Below are positions 36,542-46,034 of a DNA stretch of 64,000 bases, one piece after another. The translations under genes were made by a program, and so were the position numbers. Source of the stretch: Anaerolineae bacterium (GTDB lineage: Bacteria; Chloroflexota; Anaerolineae; Aggregatilineales; UBA3940); assembly GCA_034435015.1 (NCBI GenBank), contig DAOTYH010000080.1, positions 7,536 through 71,535 on the forward strand. The letters run 5' to 3'. Under the pieces are notes generated by a model, which saw only the letters and a program-made list of their open reading frames with translations, did no database searches and was not told where the DNA came from. Position 1 is the first letter of the stretch, and the number at the start of each line of letters is the position of its first letter.

Positions 36542-36989
36542 GACACTGCGCCGCTTCTCTTTATTTGCAGGAATAGACCCGGCCATGTTGAAGGAAGTAG
36601 CCATGGCCGGCGAGGAAGTTACCTATGCCGCCGGTGAGTGGATATTCCAGGAGGGTGATGAGGCTGAGGCCCTCTATCTTGTCCTGAGCGGCAAGCTCGA
36701 TCTGAAAATTGCACTGGGGGGTGGGGAACATCCCAAGTACGCCGATGTGTGTAGCCTTGTGGAGGGAGAGGCCGCCGGTATGGCCGCGCTGATAGAGCCT
36801 CATGCCTATACCCTGAGCGCTGTTGCCGCCAGTGATGTCAAGCTGGCCCGGCTGGATGGAGCAAGCCTCCGTGAACTAATGGACAAGAATCATGAGTTTG
36901 GCTATAAGATGATGAGCCGCGTGGCTCAGGTGATGAGTGGCCGGCTCAACAACCTGCGCGTCCAGCTTGTCAGCCTGGCTGGTGACTGA
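36528..36989 (+). CDS. Stand-alone cyclic-nucleotide-binding-domain (Crp N-terminal-like) protein with no HTH
   Basis: LRRFSLFAGI, AAGEWIFQEGDEAEALYLVLSG, EGEAAGMAAL; 153 aa. Confidence 0.85.
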   Translation: MISPETLRRFSLFAGIDPAMLKEVAMAGEEVTYAAGEWIFQEGDEAEALYLVLSGKLDLKIALGGGEHPKYADVCSLVEGEAAGMAALIEPHAYTLSAVAASDVKLARLDGASLRELMDKNHEFGYKMMSRVAQVMSGRLNNLRVQLVSLAGD

Positions 36990-37021
36990 CTCCCTTCAAT
37001 AACTTGAGTGGTCCGAAAGAG

Positions 37022-37052
37022 AGGGCGGGAATTGCAACTCCCGCCCTTTTTT
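37022..37052 (+). terminator. Rho-independent terminator ending the hdr-mvh operon
   Basis: AGGGCGGGA-attgcaac-TCCCGCCCT-TTTTT. Confidence 0.85.
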
Positions 37053-37183
37053 GCTTGTTTGCTCTCTTCAGGTGGACAGGCCTGTCTGACGTTTGGCTGA
37101 CAATTGCCTGACAGGGCCGAACTGCCCCTTGACGAAACTATGGTGGTCAAGTTAGAGTTCCCAACATGGGGGGAGGTTAACAT

Positions 37184-37966
37184 ATGGCGGAGGTTGCTTC
37201 TATCCCGTTTGAACGTTCCCGGCGGCTGCGTTTTGATTGGCTGGCCTCGGTGCTGTTCCGTCCACGCCGGACATTTGCCGAGATCGCCGCTGAGCCGCGC
37301 GGGGTATGGCTCACGCCATTGCTGGTCCTGAGTGCCACAGGTTTGATCCATGCAATTGTTGCTGGAGTGTTCAAGCAGGCCGCCGCTCAGAGTGGAGGGA
37401 TGAGTCTGCCGCCCGGATTCGAGTATTACACTCCTGAGCAACAGGCACAGTTCCAGCAGGCGATGGCCGCGACGTCTGGCCCTGTGTTCGTTTATGTGTT
37501 TCCAGCTATTCTCTCGATTCTGGGTGTGTGGGTAGGCTGGCTGATCGTGAGCGGCCTGCTCCATCTTGTTTTTACCCTGCTGGGTGGTCGCAGTAGTACC
37601 TCTCTGGCGTCTAATCTGGTGGCTTGGGGAGGACTGCCTTTGGCTTTGCGGGATGGCGTGCGTATTGTGGCCATGCTGGTCTCCCGCCAACTGATCACCC
37701 ATCCCGGCCTGTCGGGGTTTGTCCCTGCTGACGACGGTGGTCTCAGCATCTACCTCACTCAATTGCTTGGTCTAATTGACCTCTATGTGATCTGGCATCT
37801 TGTGTTGCTGGTCATTGGCGCGCGTGCCGGGACTGGCCTTGCTCCTCTCAAGGCTTGGGCTGGTCCATTGATCACCCTGTTGGTTGTACTGCTTCTTCAG
37901 GCGTTCTTTGGATTTCTTTCTGTTCAGTTGGGTAACCTGAACACTATCCGCCCGTTCCTCTTCTGA
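37184..37966 (+). CDS. Yip1-family membrane protein
   Basis: VLFRPRRTFAEIA N-terminal motif and about 5 TM helices; first gene of an ABC module. Confidence 0.8.
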   Translation: MAEVASIPFERSRRLRFDWLASVLFRPRRTFAEIAAEPRGVWLTPLLVLSATGLIHAIVAGVFKQAAAQSGGMSLPPGFEYYTPEQQAQFQQAMAATSGPVFVYVFPAILSILGVWVGWLIVSGLLHLVFTLLGGRSSTSLASNLVAWGGLPLALRDGVRIVAMLVSRQLITHPGLSGFVPADDGGLSIYLTQLLGLIDLYVIWHLVLLVIGARAGTGLAPLKAWAGPLITLLVVLLLQAFFGFLSVQLGNLNTIRPFLF

Positions 37967-37972
37967 TATGCT

Positions 37973-38701
37973 ATGAACGAACCCTTTATTCAGGTCATGG
38001 GATTACGGAAGACCTATGTCCTTGGCTCAGTGGTAGTCAAGGCGCTGGATGGGGTTAATCTGACTATCGAGCAGAATACCCTCTCTGTTGTGATGGGGCC
38101 TTCTGGTTCAGGTAAGAGTACTTTGCTGTACCTGTTAGGGGGGCTGGACAGGCCCACTTCGGGCAGTATTCAGGTCGGCGGGCAGATCATCGAGACGATG
38201 GATGAGAACGCGCTGGCGATCTACCGCCGTCATATGGTTGGGTTCATTTTCCAATCCTTTAACTTGATCCCGACCATGACCGCGCTGGAGAATGTTGCCT
38301 TTCCCATGCGTTTTGCACGCGTTTCGCGCCGTGAACGAGTGGCACGTGCAATGGACTTATTGCAGAAGGTCGGGCTGGCGGATCGGGCTTTCCACAAACC
38401 GACTGAACTTTCCGGCGGCGAACAGCAGCGGGTGGCAATCGCCCGTGCCCTGATTAACGATCCGCAGTTGATCCTCGCTGATGAGCCGACCGGCAATCTT
38501 GATACGGCCAGCGGTACTGGCATCATGCAGATGCTCTCGGATTTGCACCGCAACGGGCGGACTGTCGTGGTTGTGACCCATGATCCGCGCATGTTGCGTT
38601 TTGCTACGCACACAGTGCGTCTGCTGGATGGACGTACTGTATCCGAGGAAGAGTACAATGCCGCTTCAGAGCTGGCTATGAGTGGGGGCATAAAATCATG
38701 A
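37973..38701 (+). CDS. ABC transporter ATP-binding protein (MacB/LolD type)
   Basis: GPSGSGKST, FIFQSFNL, LSGGEQQRVAIARAL, ADEPTGNLD, VTHD. Confidence 0.95.
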   Translation: MNEPFIQVMGLRKTYVLGSVVVKALDGVNLTIEQNTLSVVMGPSGSGKSTLLYLLGGLDRPTSGSIQVGGQIIETMDENALAIYRRHMVGFIFQSFNLIPTMTALENVAFPMRFARVSRRERVARAMDLLQKVGLADRAFHKPTELSGGEQQRVAIARALINDPQLILADEPTGNLDTASGTGIMQMLSDLHRNGRTVVVVTHDPRMLRFATHTVRLLDGRTVSEEEYNAASELAMSGGIKS

Positions 38702-40455
38702 AGAATCACATCCACCGTTACCTGTCTCTTTGCCTTGTGCTGGTGATCGCTCTAGTGGGAGGCTGGCTGGCCAGCCCGGCTCCAGCTATGGCGGTCGCCG
38801 CTGTGACGCCGTCAACTGTGATGAATACCTTCCCCAATACCTTGTTGGTCACCAGTACCACACTGACTTTTGTCAATCCGGTCAAGATCGAAGTGCTCGG
38901 TTCCGGTTACGGGCTATTTGATGCGACTATTGGAGGCGGGGGGGTGCTCTTTGTGCTCCCGGCAGGATTCCCAGCCGGGCAGTACACACTCCGGATTTAC
39001 AATGGTAATAGTATGACGGATGATACTCCTCCTAATGCCCTGACGGTCATAGCGCCAACATCTACCCCTCTTCCAACAGCCACTCCTGCCATGACCAATA
39101 CCCCTTTCCCTACCAGCTTTGTCCGCCCGTTGGTGACTGTTCTCTCCTATGGGGCCAGCTCAACTGTCTTGACGCCCGGCCAGAACTTCGACTTTGAGAT
39201 GACATTACAAAACACAGGCCAGATCACAGCAACTAACATTGTGGTTACCTTTGTGGCGAATGACTTTGTCCCCAGGGCAACAGGCGGGGTGCGGGCTGTA
39301 GGCGATCTGGCCCCTGGCCAGACGGTGCGCTTCTTCCAGCCTTTCACGGCCAGCACCTCTCTGGCTGGCCAGCGGGTAGGGAAGCTGGAGGTCAAGGCCG
39401 ACTATACCGATGTGTACGGCACGCTCTACAGCGAGACGTTTACGCTGACTTTTGATATTGCGCCATCCGGCAGGGCGGCGGCCCCGACTGCTACCCCTAC
39501 CCTGCCGCCTGCGTTGCGCCCTCAGCTTGTGATCAGCGACTATTCTTCTGATGTGGCTGTTTTACAGCCCGGTACCCAGTTCACCCTTCAGCTTGAGGCC
39601 CGCAATCTGGGCAATGCTAATGCTAAGGCGGTTACCTTGATTCTCGGCGGGGGCGGCCTGGCTGGTGGTACGGGCGGCACGCCGGAATCGGGCGGATGGG
39701 GTGTAGCAGGCTCCAGCGGTGAGTTCACCAACTTTGCCCCGCTTGGTTCATCCAACCTCCAGTTTCTTGGAGATTTGCCGGCAGGGGCAGTGATTACAGT
39801 CAATTACACACTGATCGTCAATGTGTCAACTAAGCCCGGCGCGTATCCGTTGAAGCTTTCTTTTGTCTACACCGACGAGCGCGGGAATCGTTACACCGAC
39901 GATCAGGTGATCACCCTGCTGGTATATGCACTGCCTCAGCTTGAGATCAGCTTCTACCGCGACCCTAACCCGATCTATGCGGGACAGCCTAACGCTCTGC
40001 CCCTGCAAGTGGTCAATCTGGGGCGTAATAGCAGTGTACTGGGGAATATGGAGGTGAACGGCGAGGGAGCGGAGTTTATCAATAACGTCATCCTGGTTGG
40101 GGCGTTGGATCCGGGCGGATATTTCACGCTGGATGCCACTGTGATCCCTGAGCAGGCGGGGCCGCTTGAGCTGAATGTGACCATCGGCTACACAGACGAT
40201 TTCGGCCAATCCCAAACCGTTACTCAAACCCTTACATTGGACGTTCTGGAAGCTCCCATGATGGGGCCTGAGGAGGGCTTCCTGCCTGAAGAGCCTTCCG
40301 CGCCGCCTGAAACATTCTGGCAGGCCGTATGGCGGTTTATTCGGGGCTTGCTGGGGTTGGACAGCGGCAGGCCCAGCCCGCCCAGCCCGACTGCGCCGGG
40401 GGTAGGGGAGCCGCTGGGACCGGTTATTGTTCCCTTGGGGCCGGAGGGGCCGTGA
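38698..40455 (+). CDS. Secreted multi-Ig-like (COG1361/CARDB-like) protein with Pro/Thr linkers
   Basis: Signal peptide; three repeats of P-x-L...L.PG..F.L.....N.G...A..V...; PTATP linkers; C-terminal amphipathic segment FWQAVWRFIRGLLG. Confidence 0.7.
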   Translation: MKNHIHRYLSLCLVLVIALVGGWLASPAPAMAVAAVTPSTVMNTFPNTLLVTSTTLTFVNPVKIEVLGSGYGLFDATIGGGGVLFVLPAGFPAGQYTLRIYNGNSMTDDTPPNALTVIAPTSTPLPTATPAMTNTPFPTSFVRPLVTVLSYGASSTVLTPGQNFDFEMTLQNTGQITATNIVVTFVANDFVPRATGGVRAVGDLAPGQTVRFFQPFTASTSLAGQRVGKLEVKADYTDVYGTLYSETFTLTFDIAPSGRAAAPTATPTLPPALRPQLVISDYSSDVAVLQPGTQFTLQLEARNLGNANAKAVTLILGGGGLAGGTGGTPESGGWGVAGSSGEFTNFAPLGSSNLQFLGDLPAGAVITVNYTLIVNVSTKPGAYPLKLSFVYTDERGNRYTDDQVITLLVYALPQLEISFYRDPNPIYAGQPNALPLQVVNLGRNSSVLGNMEVNGEGAEFINNVILVGALDPGGYFTLDATVIPEQAGPLELNVTIGYTDDFGQSQTVTQTLTLDVLEAPMMGPEEGFLPEEPSAPPETFWQAVWRFIRGLLGLDSGRPSPPSPTAPGVGEPLGPVIVPLGPEGP

Positions 40456-40456
40456 G

Positions 40457-41806
40457 ATGAGTCTGCTTGAACTGATCGGGTTGGTTTTTGAGAATCTGAG
40501 CCGTCGTAAGGCAAGGGTGGCACTGACGGCGGTCGGCGTCATTATCGGGACGGCGGCGGTCGTGATTCTGGTGTCGCTGGCAATTGGCCTGCAGAAGAAT
40601 GCCACCCAGCAATTAGGCGGCATTGGCGATCTGACCCAGATACAGGTGATGCCAAACTATGATTATGGCGGTGGAGTTGGTGGAGGCCCTGGAGTAGCAG
40701 TGGCAGTTGAGATAGGCCCCGCCGGCTCAAGCTCGTCCTCTCCCAACCAGAAACTTATTACTGACGAGTCGCTGGTCGAGCTGGCCGCACTGCCGGGGGT
40801 TGAGGCCGTCATTCCGCGGGATTATCTATCTGGGGGCGGGTTAATTTCGATCAATGGCTTGGAGGCATGGCCCTCAGTGATCGGGGTTGGCATCAATGAC
40901 CTGAGTGTCCTGGGGCTGGAAGCTCAGGCGGGCACTCTAGAGCTTAGAAGGGGCACAGCCGTAGTCGGGGCTATGGTTCCCACTTTCTTCTATGATCCTA
41001 ATTGGAGGCCCGGTCAGGAACAACCCACTCCCCCTGACCTGTTAGACAAACAAGTCACCCTCACCTTGATGCGGTGGTCGGAAGATGGAACGGAAACCCG
41101 CAGGACCGTGCAGGTTCTGATCACCGGCATCATCGCTGAGTCGCGCGGCGAATCCGACTACGCCCTTTACATGACGCTCGATGATGTGACAGCCTACAAC
41201 GAGTGGGCTATAGGCCGGCGCATCAACCGCAACCGTGATGGATACTCGATGGCCATTGTCAAGGTCAGCGATGTAAACCAAGTTCTCGACGTAGCCGATC
41301 AGATCACAGCGCTAGGCTATCAGGCCTATACGCCCCAATCGTTTGTGCAGGGCATTAACAGTTTCTTTCTGGTGCTCCAGGTGATCTTTGGAGGCGTAGG
41401 GGCCATCTCCCTGCTCGTAGCGGCAATTGGCATTGCTAATACGATGGCAATGGCCATCTTGGAACGCACACGCGAGATCGGCCTGATGAAGGCAGTGGGC
41501 GCAACCAACCGCGATGTGCTCAGTGTCTTTCTGGGAGAAGCGGCAGGAATTGGTTTCATTGGCGGTCTGGGCGGGGTTGCACTTGGCTGGAGTCTCAGTC
41601 AGGTGATCAACGTGCTGGCTATGGCATATCTAGCCGGGCAGGCCGTTCAGACGGGGGGAGCACCACCTTCAGTGGCTGTCTACACCCCCTTATGGTTACC
41701 GATCTTTGCGCTGGCGTTCGCTACGCTGATAGGTCTGCTGTCTGGGTTGTATCCAGCCCTGCGCGCGGCGACGCTGGTTCCGGTGCTTGCTCTGAAATAC
41801 GAGTGA
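40457..41806 (+). CDS. ABC transporter permease (MacB/FtsX family)
   Basis: RKARVALTAVGVIIG, large extracytoplasmic domain, GIANTM..AILERTREIGLMKAVGA, YPALRAA. ATG at 40457. Confidence 0.92.
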   Translation: MSLLELIGLVFENLSRRKARVALTAVGVIIGTAAVVILVSLAIGLQKNATQQLGGIGDLTQIQVMPNYDYGGGVGGGPGVAVAVEIGPAGSSSSSPNQKLITDESLVELAALPGVEAVIPRDYLSGGGLISINGLEAWPSVIGVGINDLSVLGLEAQAGTLELRRGTAVVGAMVPTFFYDPNWRPGQEQPTPPDLLDKQVTLTLMRWSEDGTETRRTVQVLITGIIAESRGESDYALYMTLDDVTAYNEWAIGRRINRNRDGYSMAIVKVSDVNQVLDVADQITALGYQAYTPQSFVQGINSFFLVLQVIFGGVGAISLLVAAIGIANTMAMAILERTREIGLMKAVGATNRDVLSVFLGEAAGIGFIGGLGGVALGWSLSQVINVLAMAYLAGQAVQTGGAPPSVAVYTPLWLPIFALAFATLIGLLSGLYPALRAATLVPVLALKYE

Positions 41807-41828
41807 TCCCTCCTCTGACTAGACGAAA

Positions 41829-41852
41829 CCGGGGCGCTTGCAGGCGCCCCGG
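41829..41852. terminator. Hairpin between the convergent ABC permease and pheT
   Basis: CCGGGGCGC-ttgcag-GCGCCCCGG. Confidence 0.7.
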
Positions 41853-41871
41853 CTGTTATCTCCGCATGTTT

Positions 41872-44496
41872 TTAGAGAGAGCGCAGTTTAGCGCCCAATT
41901 TCCTCTCCAGCGCCCTGACGATCCGTTCACGCACCTTGTCAGCATCTTTATCTCGCAGGGTTCTGTCTTCGGCTTGAAAGGTTAGGGCATAGGCCAAGCT
42001 CTTCTTTCCTGCGCCGATCTGTTCTCCGCGGTACACGTCGAAGAGATGGACTTCCTTCAGCAGAGGGCGTCCCTCCTCCCAGATGGCGGCTTCTACTTGG
42101 GCGGCTGGCGTTTCTTCGTCTACGACAAGCGCAATGTCCTGATAAATTGCCGGGAAGGTTGAGACAGCCTCCACTAGGTAAGTATCTGAGACAGAGGAGA
42201 GTAGCCCGTTCATGTCAAATTCGGCCACCAGTACGGGTTGCTCTGGCAGACCGAATGCCTCTCGCACCTTCGGGTGTAACTCGCCCAGCGTGCCGACATC
42301 TGCCCCCCCGACTATGAGCCGCGCCGCCCGCCCCGGATGGAAAGTGCTGTGCCGGCTTGGTTCGAACCTTACATCCTTCAGATGCAGGCCGCGTATGAGG
42401 GCCTCAACAATCCCCTTCAGGTCGAAGTAGTCCATCAGAGGGGGATTCTTCACCGCCCCATCCTGCCAGGCGTGTAAATCACGCGGGCCGGTCAGAGCAA
42501 GGCACAAGTGGGCAGGCTCGGCTGGTAACTTCTCACCCTCAACCGGCAGATAGACACTGCCAATCTCGAACAGTGCCTGCCGTGCCCGCCAGCGGCTGTT
42601 GGCGGCCAGTATGTCAAGCATGCCTGCCAGCAAGGTATGGCGCATGACCGTCTTGTCCTGACTGATCGGGTTGGCCAGTGTCACGTAGGGGACAGCCGGC
42701 CAATCTGATTCAGCTCCGGGCGGGGTCAACAGCGCCTCCCGTTCGGGTGTAGTCAGGCGGTAGGTGATGATCTCTTGGAGGCCCGCTTTGACCAGCAGAT
42801 CACGTACCCGCTCTTCACGGCTCAATTCCTCGTTAGCCCGTTGGGGAGGAAGCACGTCTTCGAGCAGGGTTTGCGGCAGGCGGTCGTAGCCATATACACG
42901 TGCGATCTCTTCGATCAGATCGGCTTGGGCTACCAGCTCGGCGATGTCTTGGTGGGGCGAATCGGGGGGCAGGCCAATGTCCAGCCGGTGATCGGGCACA
43001 GTGACACGCAGGGTTGCCTCGTTGAGCCGCTCGACCTTGAACTCCAGCCCTTCTAGGATTCGTGCTGTCTCATCCTGACTGAGCGCTATACCCAACAGCC
43101 GATCTACCTCGCGCAGGGGCAGATCAACCGTGACAGCCGGCGCAGGGAGCGGATACGAGTCTAGAAAACCGGCGGCAACCTCTCCTCCTGCGATCTGGCG
43201 CATCAACTCAATAGCTCGGAGCAGGGCTGTCTGCGCCAGTGCCGGATGTACTCCTCGGCTAAAGCGGGCGCCTGCCTCTGAAGTGATCTCTTTGCCGCGT
43301 TCGCGTTGGGCCTGAAGAGTCTTGCGAATGTTGATGAAGTTCCACGTGGCCGCTTCCAACAGCACGTTGACAGAGGCTGGATGGATCTCAGACTCTGCCC
43401 CACCCATGATGCCAGCTATACTGAGCGGCCCTGCTGTATCTGTCACAAGGACTGTGAAAGGGTCCAGCTCGCGGGTCACCCCGTCCAGCGTGGTCAGTGT
43501 CTCACCGGGGAGGGCTGTACGGGTGATGATAGTGGGCGCTTTGCCTCCTGCACGTTTCACCAGCACGTCGTAGTCAAAGGCGTGCAGTGGCTCGCCCGTT
43601 TCCAACATGACGTAGTTGGTGATGTCCACGATGTTGTTGATCGGACGCATGCCGGCCAGAATCAGGCGGCGTTGCATCCACTGCGGCGAGGGCGCGATCT
43701 TCACACCTTTGATGAGTGCCAGCATAAATCGCGGGTTCAATTCTGGGTCACGAATCTCGATGCCCGCCTGTCCCTCAATAGGAGACCCGGTGGCTGTCAC
43801 TTCCAGCGAGGGATGCCGCACCTTCTGGCCTGTCAAAGCCGCCGCTTCACGGGCGATCCCTAGAATCGAGAAGTTGCGGGCCATGTTAGGCGTCAGTTCG
43901 ATGTCAAGGACGGCATCGCCAAGCACGTCCTGTAGAGGAGTTCCAGGAGGGGCATCCGTCTCGAGGAGCATGATCCCCTCGTGCTCATCTGAAAGACCCA
44001 GCTCCTTTTCGGAGCAGACCATGCTTTTGTTATCAATGCCGCGCAGATTGCGGGGCTTAATGATCAGACGAGAGCCGTCATCCTTGTGGCCGTCTATCAC
44101 TTCGGCCCCCTCACGAGCATAGGGGGCAACCAGCGGAGGGGTAAGCGGCCCTTTGTCTTTGTAGGGGTAGAGGTTAGGTGCACCTGTGACAACCGTCTCG
44201 ATGACCCCTATCCCTGAATCCACCAGTGCCAGCACCAGCCGATCCGCGTTGGGATGCGGCTTGACTTCTAGAATGTGGCCTACTACGATCTTCTCCCGAT
44301 CCCAGACCAGATGACCGGTCGAGACGGGCACAGCCAGATGGACATTGCGCCCAGGGCCGCCTAATCCGCCGGCAGGGATACCAATGTACTCGATATTGCC
44401 TACTTCCATACCAGCCAATGTGAGGCGGTAAGCCAGTTCCTCAATCGGAATAGTGATCTCTACATATTCTTCAAGCCATGAAAGAGGTACGCGCAT
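41872..44496 (-). CDS. pheT: Phenylalanine--tRNA ligase beta subunit
   Basis: MRVPLSWL, HPNADRL, LTPN, RPINNIVDITNYV, EEIARVYGY, and a C-terminal FDX-ACB domain (LFDVYRG...KKSLAY). Confidence 0.97.
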   Translation of the reverse strand: MRVPLSWLEEYVEITIPIEELAYRLTLAGMEVGNIEYIGIPAGGLGGPGRNVHLAVPVSTGHLVWDREKIVVGHILEVKPHPNADRLVLALVDSGIGVIETVVTGAPNLYPYKDKGPLTPPLVAPYAREGAEVIDGHKDDGSRLIIKPRNLRGIDNKSMVCSEKELGLSDEHEGIMLLETDAPPGTPLQDVLGDAVLDIELTPNMARNFSILGIAREAAALTGQKVRHPSLEVTATGSPIEGQAGIEIRDPELNPRFMLALIKGVKIAPSPQWMQRRLILAGMRPINNIVDITNYVMLETGEPLHAFDYDVLVKRAGGKAPTIITRTALPGETLTTLDGVTRELDPFTVLVTDTAGPLSIAGIMGGAESEIHPASVNVLLEAATWNFINIRKTLQAQRERGKEITSEAGARFSRGVHPALAQTALLRAIELMRQIAGGEVAAGFLDSYPLPAPAVTVDLPLREVDRLLGIALSQDETARILEGLEFKVERLNEATLRVTVPDHRLDIGLPPDSPHQDIAELVAQADLIEEIARVYGYDRLPQTLLEDVLPPQRANEELSREERVRDLLVKAGLQEIITYRLTTPEREALLTPPGAESDWPAVPYVTLANPISQDKTVMRHTLLAGMLDILAANSRWRARQALFEIGSVYLPVEGEKLPAEPAHLCLALTGPRDLHAWQDGAVKNPPLMDYFDLKGIVEALIRGLHLKDVRFEPSRHSTFHPGRAARLIVGGADVGTLGELHPKVREAFGLPEQPVLVAEFDMNGLLSSVSDTYLVEAVSTFPAIYQDIALVVDEETPAAQVEAAIWEEGRPLLKEVHLFDVYRGEQIGAGKKSLAYALTFQAEDRTLRDKDADKVRERIVRALERKLGAKLRSL

Positions 44497-44562
44497 ATGC
44501 GTCTCCCATCCAAAATATAGAGTGAAGGGCCAAAATAAGAGGCTGAATCAATGGTCCTGTAG

Positions 44563-45588
44563 TTAGAATTGCTCCAAGAAACGCAGATCATTGCCCCAGA
44601 AGTAGCGGATGTCCTGAATGCCGTGCTTCAGCATGGTCACACGTTCAGACCCCATGCCAAAGGCAAACCCAGAGAACTTGGCGGGGTCGTAGCCGCCGTT
44701 CTTCAACACGACAGGATGCACCATCCCTGCGCCAGCTATCTCCAGCCAGCCTGTGCCTTTACAAACTCCGCACCCTGCCCCGTTGCAGAGGATACACTCA
44801 ACATCTACCTCCATGCTTGGCTCGGTGAACGGGAAGTATGAGCAACGAAAGCGTACCCGGCGCTGAGCGCCAAATGCGCGGCGGGCAAAGGCGGTCATTG
44901 TGCCCAGCAGGTCGCTCATGCGGATATGACGTCCGATAGCCAGCCCCTCAACCTGATTGAATTGAATCTCTTTGCGGGCGCTGATCTGCTCATAGCGATA
45001 GCACATACCGGGAAGTATTACCCGGATCGGTTCAGGGGCATATTCGCGCATGGCATGAATCTGGCCGGGGGAGGTATGTGTCCGCAGAATGACCCCCGGT
45101 GTGGTCGTATAGAAAGTATCCCACATGTCGCGGGCTGGATGATAAGGGGGGATATTCAGCAATGTAAAGTTGGTTTCATCATCCTCTACATCGCGGCTTC
45201 GGTAGACCTGAAAGCCCATCTCTGCCCAGATGTCATATATCTCGCGCAGCACCTGGGTGGCCGGATGCAGTCGGCCAACGGGTAAAGGACGCCCCGGCAG
45301 GGTGACATCTATTGCCCCTCTTTGCAGGCTTTGCTCAAGTTCTAAGGCACGGAGAGCCTCCTCGCGGCTGGCAAAGGCGGCTTCTAGTGTCTGCTTGACC
45401 TCATTAGCCCGCTGACCGACAAGGGGGCGCTCCTCGGGCGAAAGTTGCCCAATGGAACGCAGGATGGTTTTCAGTTCCCCTTTGTCTCCCAGTATGGTCC
45501 CATACAGCCTTTTGAGTGCTCCACTGTCTTGGACGAGTTCTAGTTCGTGTAACGTTCGTTGCTCGATCTCTTTGAGCTTTTCTAGCAT
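44563..45588 (-). CDS. pheS: Phenylalanine--tRNA ligase alpha subunit
   Basis: HPARDMWDTF, LRTHTSPGQ, FNQVEGL, YFPFTEPS, GFAFGMG.ER. Confidence 0.97.
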   Translation of the reverse strand: MLEKLKEIEQRTLHELELVQDSGALKRLYGTILGDKGELKTILRSIGQLSPEERPLVGQRANEVKQTLEAAFASREEALRALELEQSLQRGAIDVTLPGRPLPVGRLHPATQVLREIYDIWAEMGFQVYRSRDVEDDETNFTLLNIPPYHPARDMWDTFYTTTPGVILRTHTSPGQIHAMREYAPEPIRVILPGMCYRYEQISARKEIQFNQVEGLAIGRHIRMSDLLGTMTAFARRAFGAQRRVRFRCSYFPFTEPSMEVDVECILCNGAGCGVCKGTGWLEIAGAGMVHPVVLKNGGYDPAKFSGFAFGMGSERVTMLKHGIQDIRYFWGNDLRFLEQF

Positions 45589-45641
45589 GGCTCCTCCCAG
45601 TTACAAGATGATTCGTGTCCGCAAGTCCATGAACTGGAAAC

Positions 45642-45938
45642 AAAAAGCCCCCTCCCTCTTCAGGGACGGGAGCAATTGCTCGCGCGGTACCACCCTGCCT
45701 TGGCTGGCTCCTCTTTCACCAACCCACTCCATCCACCAACAGCGGCACCTCTTCAGGTGCGCGATTGGCTGGCCCGATAACGGAGGCCTATCCGGAACGA
45801 ACTACTGGGGCTTTTCTTGCCCTTTCACCCGTCGGCTCCGGAGGGAACGTTGGCGGTCAGCGACGAACCCGGCTTTCAGTCTCAGGCCGAGTCTCCCTGA
45901 CGACGCCTCACGCCGCCAACTCGTCTCCTTCAACGCCT
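45642..45938 (-). ncRNA. T-box riboswitch leader (Phe, UUC specifier) with an intrinsic terminator
   Basis: Minus strand: stem I start GCGTTGAAGGAGACGAGT, AG box CAGGGAG, specifier context AACG-TTC-CCTCCGGAGC (TTC at 45847-45845), AGTA and CCGTTA boxes, T-box AGGGTGGTACCGCG (45696-45683), then a GC hairpin and TTTTT. Confidence 0.93.
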
Positions 45939-45960
45939 GTCCACTATTTAGTCTGGCCGG

Positions 45961-45989
45961 ATTATGCCATCCGGCGGGCAGGTTGTCAA
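45961..45989 (-). promoter_or_regulatory. Sigma70 promoter of the T-box/pheST leader
   Basis: TTGACA (45989-45984), 17 nt, CATAAT (45966-45961). Confidence 0.8.
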
Positions 45990-46034
45990 AAATTTTTCAA
46001 CGAGATAAGCAGGCAACCGCCAATGGGTCTGAAC

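Noticed and set aside
44310-44400. Gly/Pro-rich insertion near the PheT N-terminus (GIPAGGLGGPGRNVHLAVPVSTG)
   Set aside because: As I recall, insertions at this position are usual in Chloroflexota PheT, so it is probably a lineage trait rather than a novelty. Not verified by alignment.
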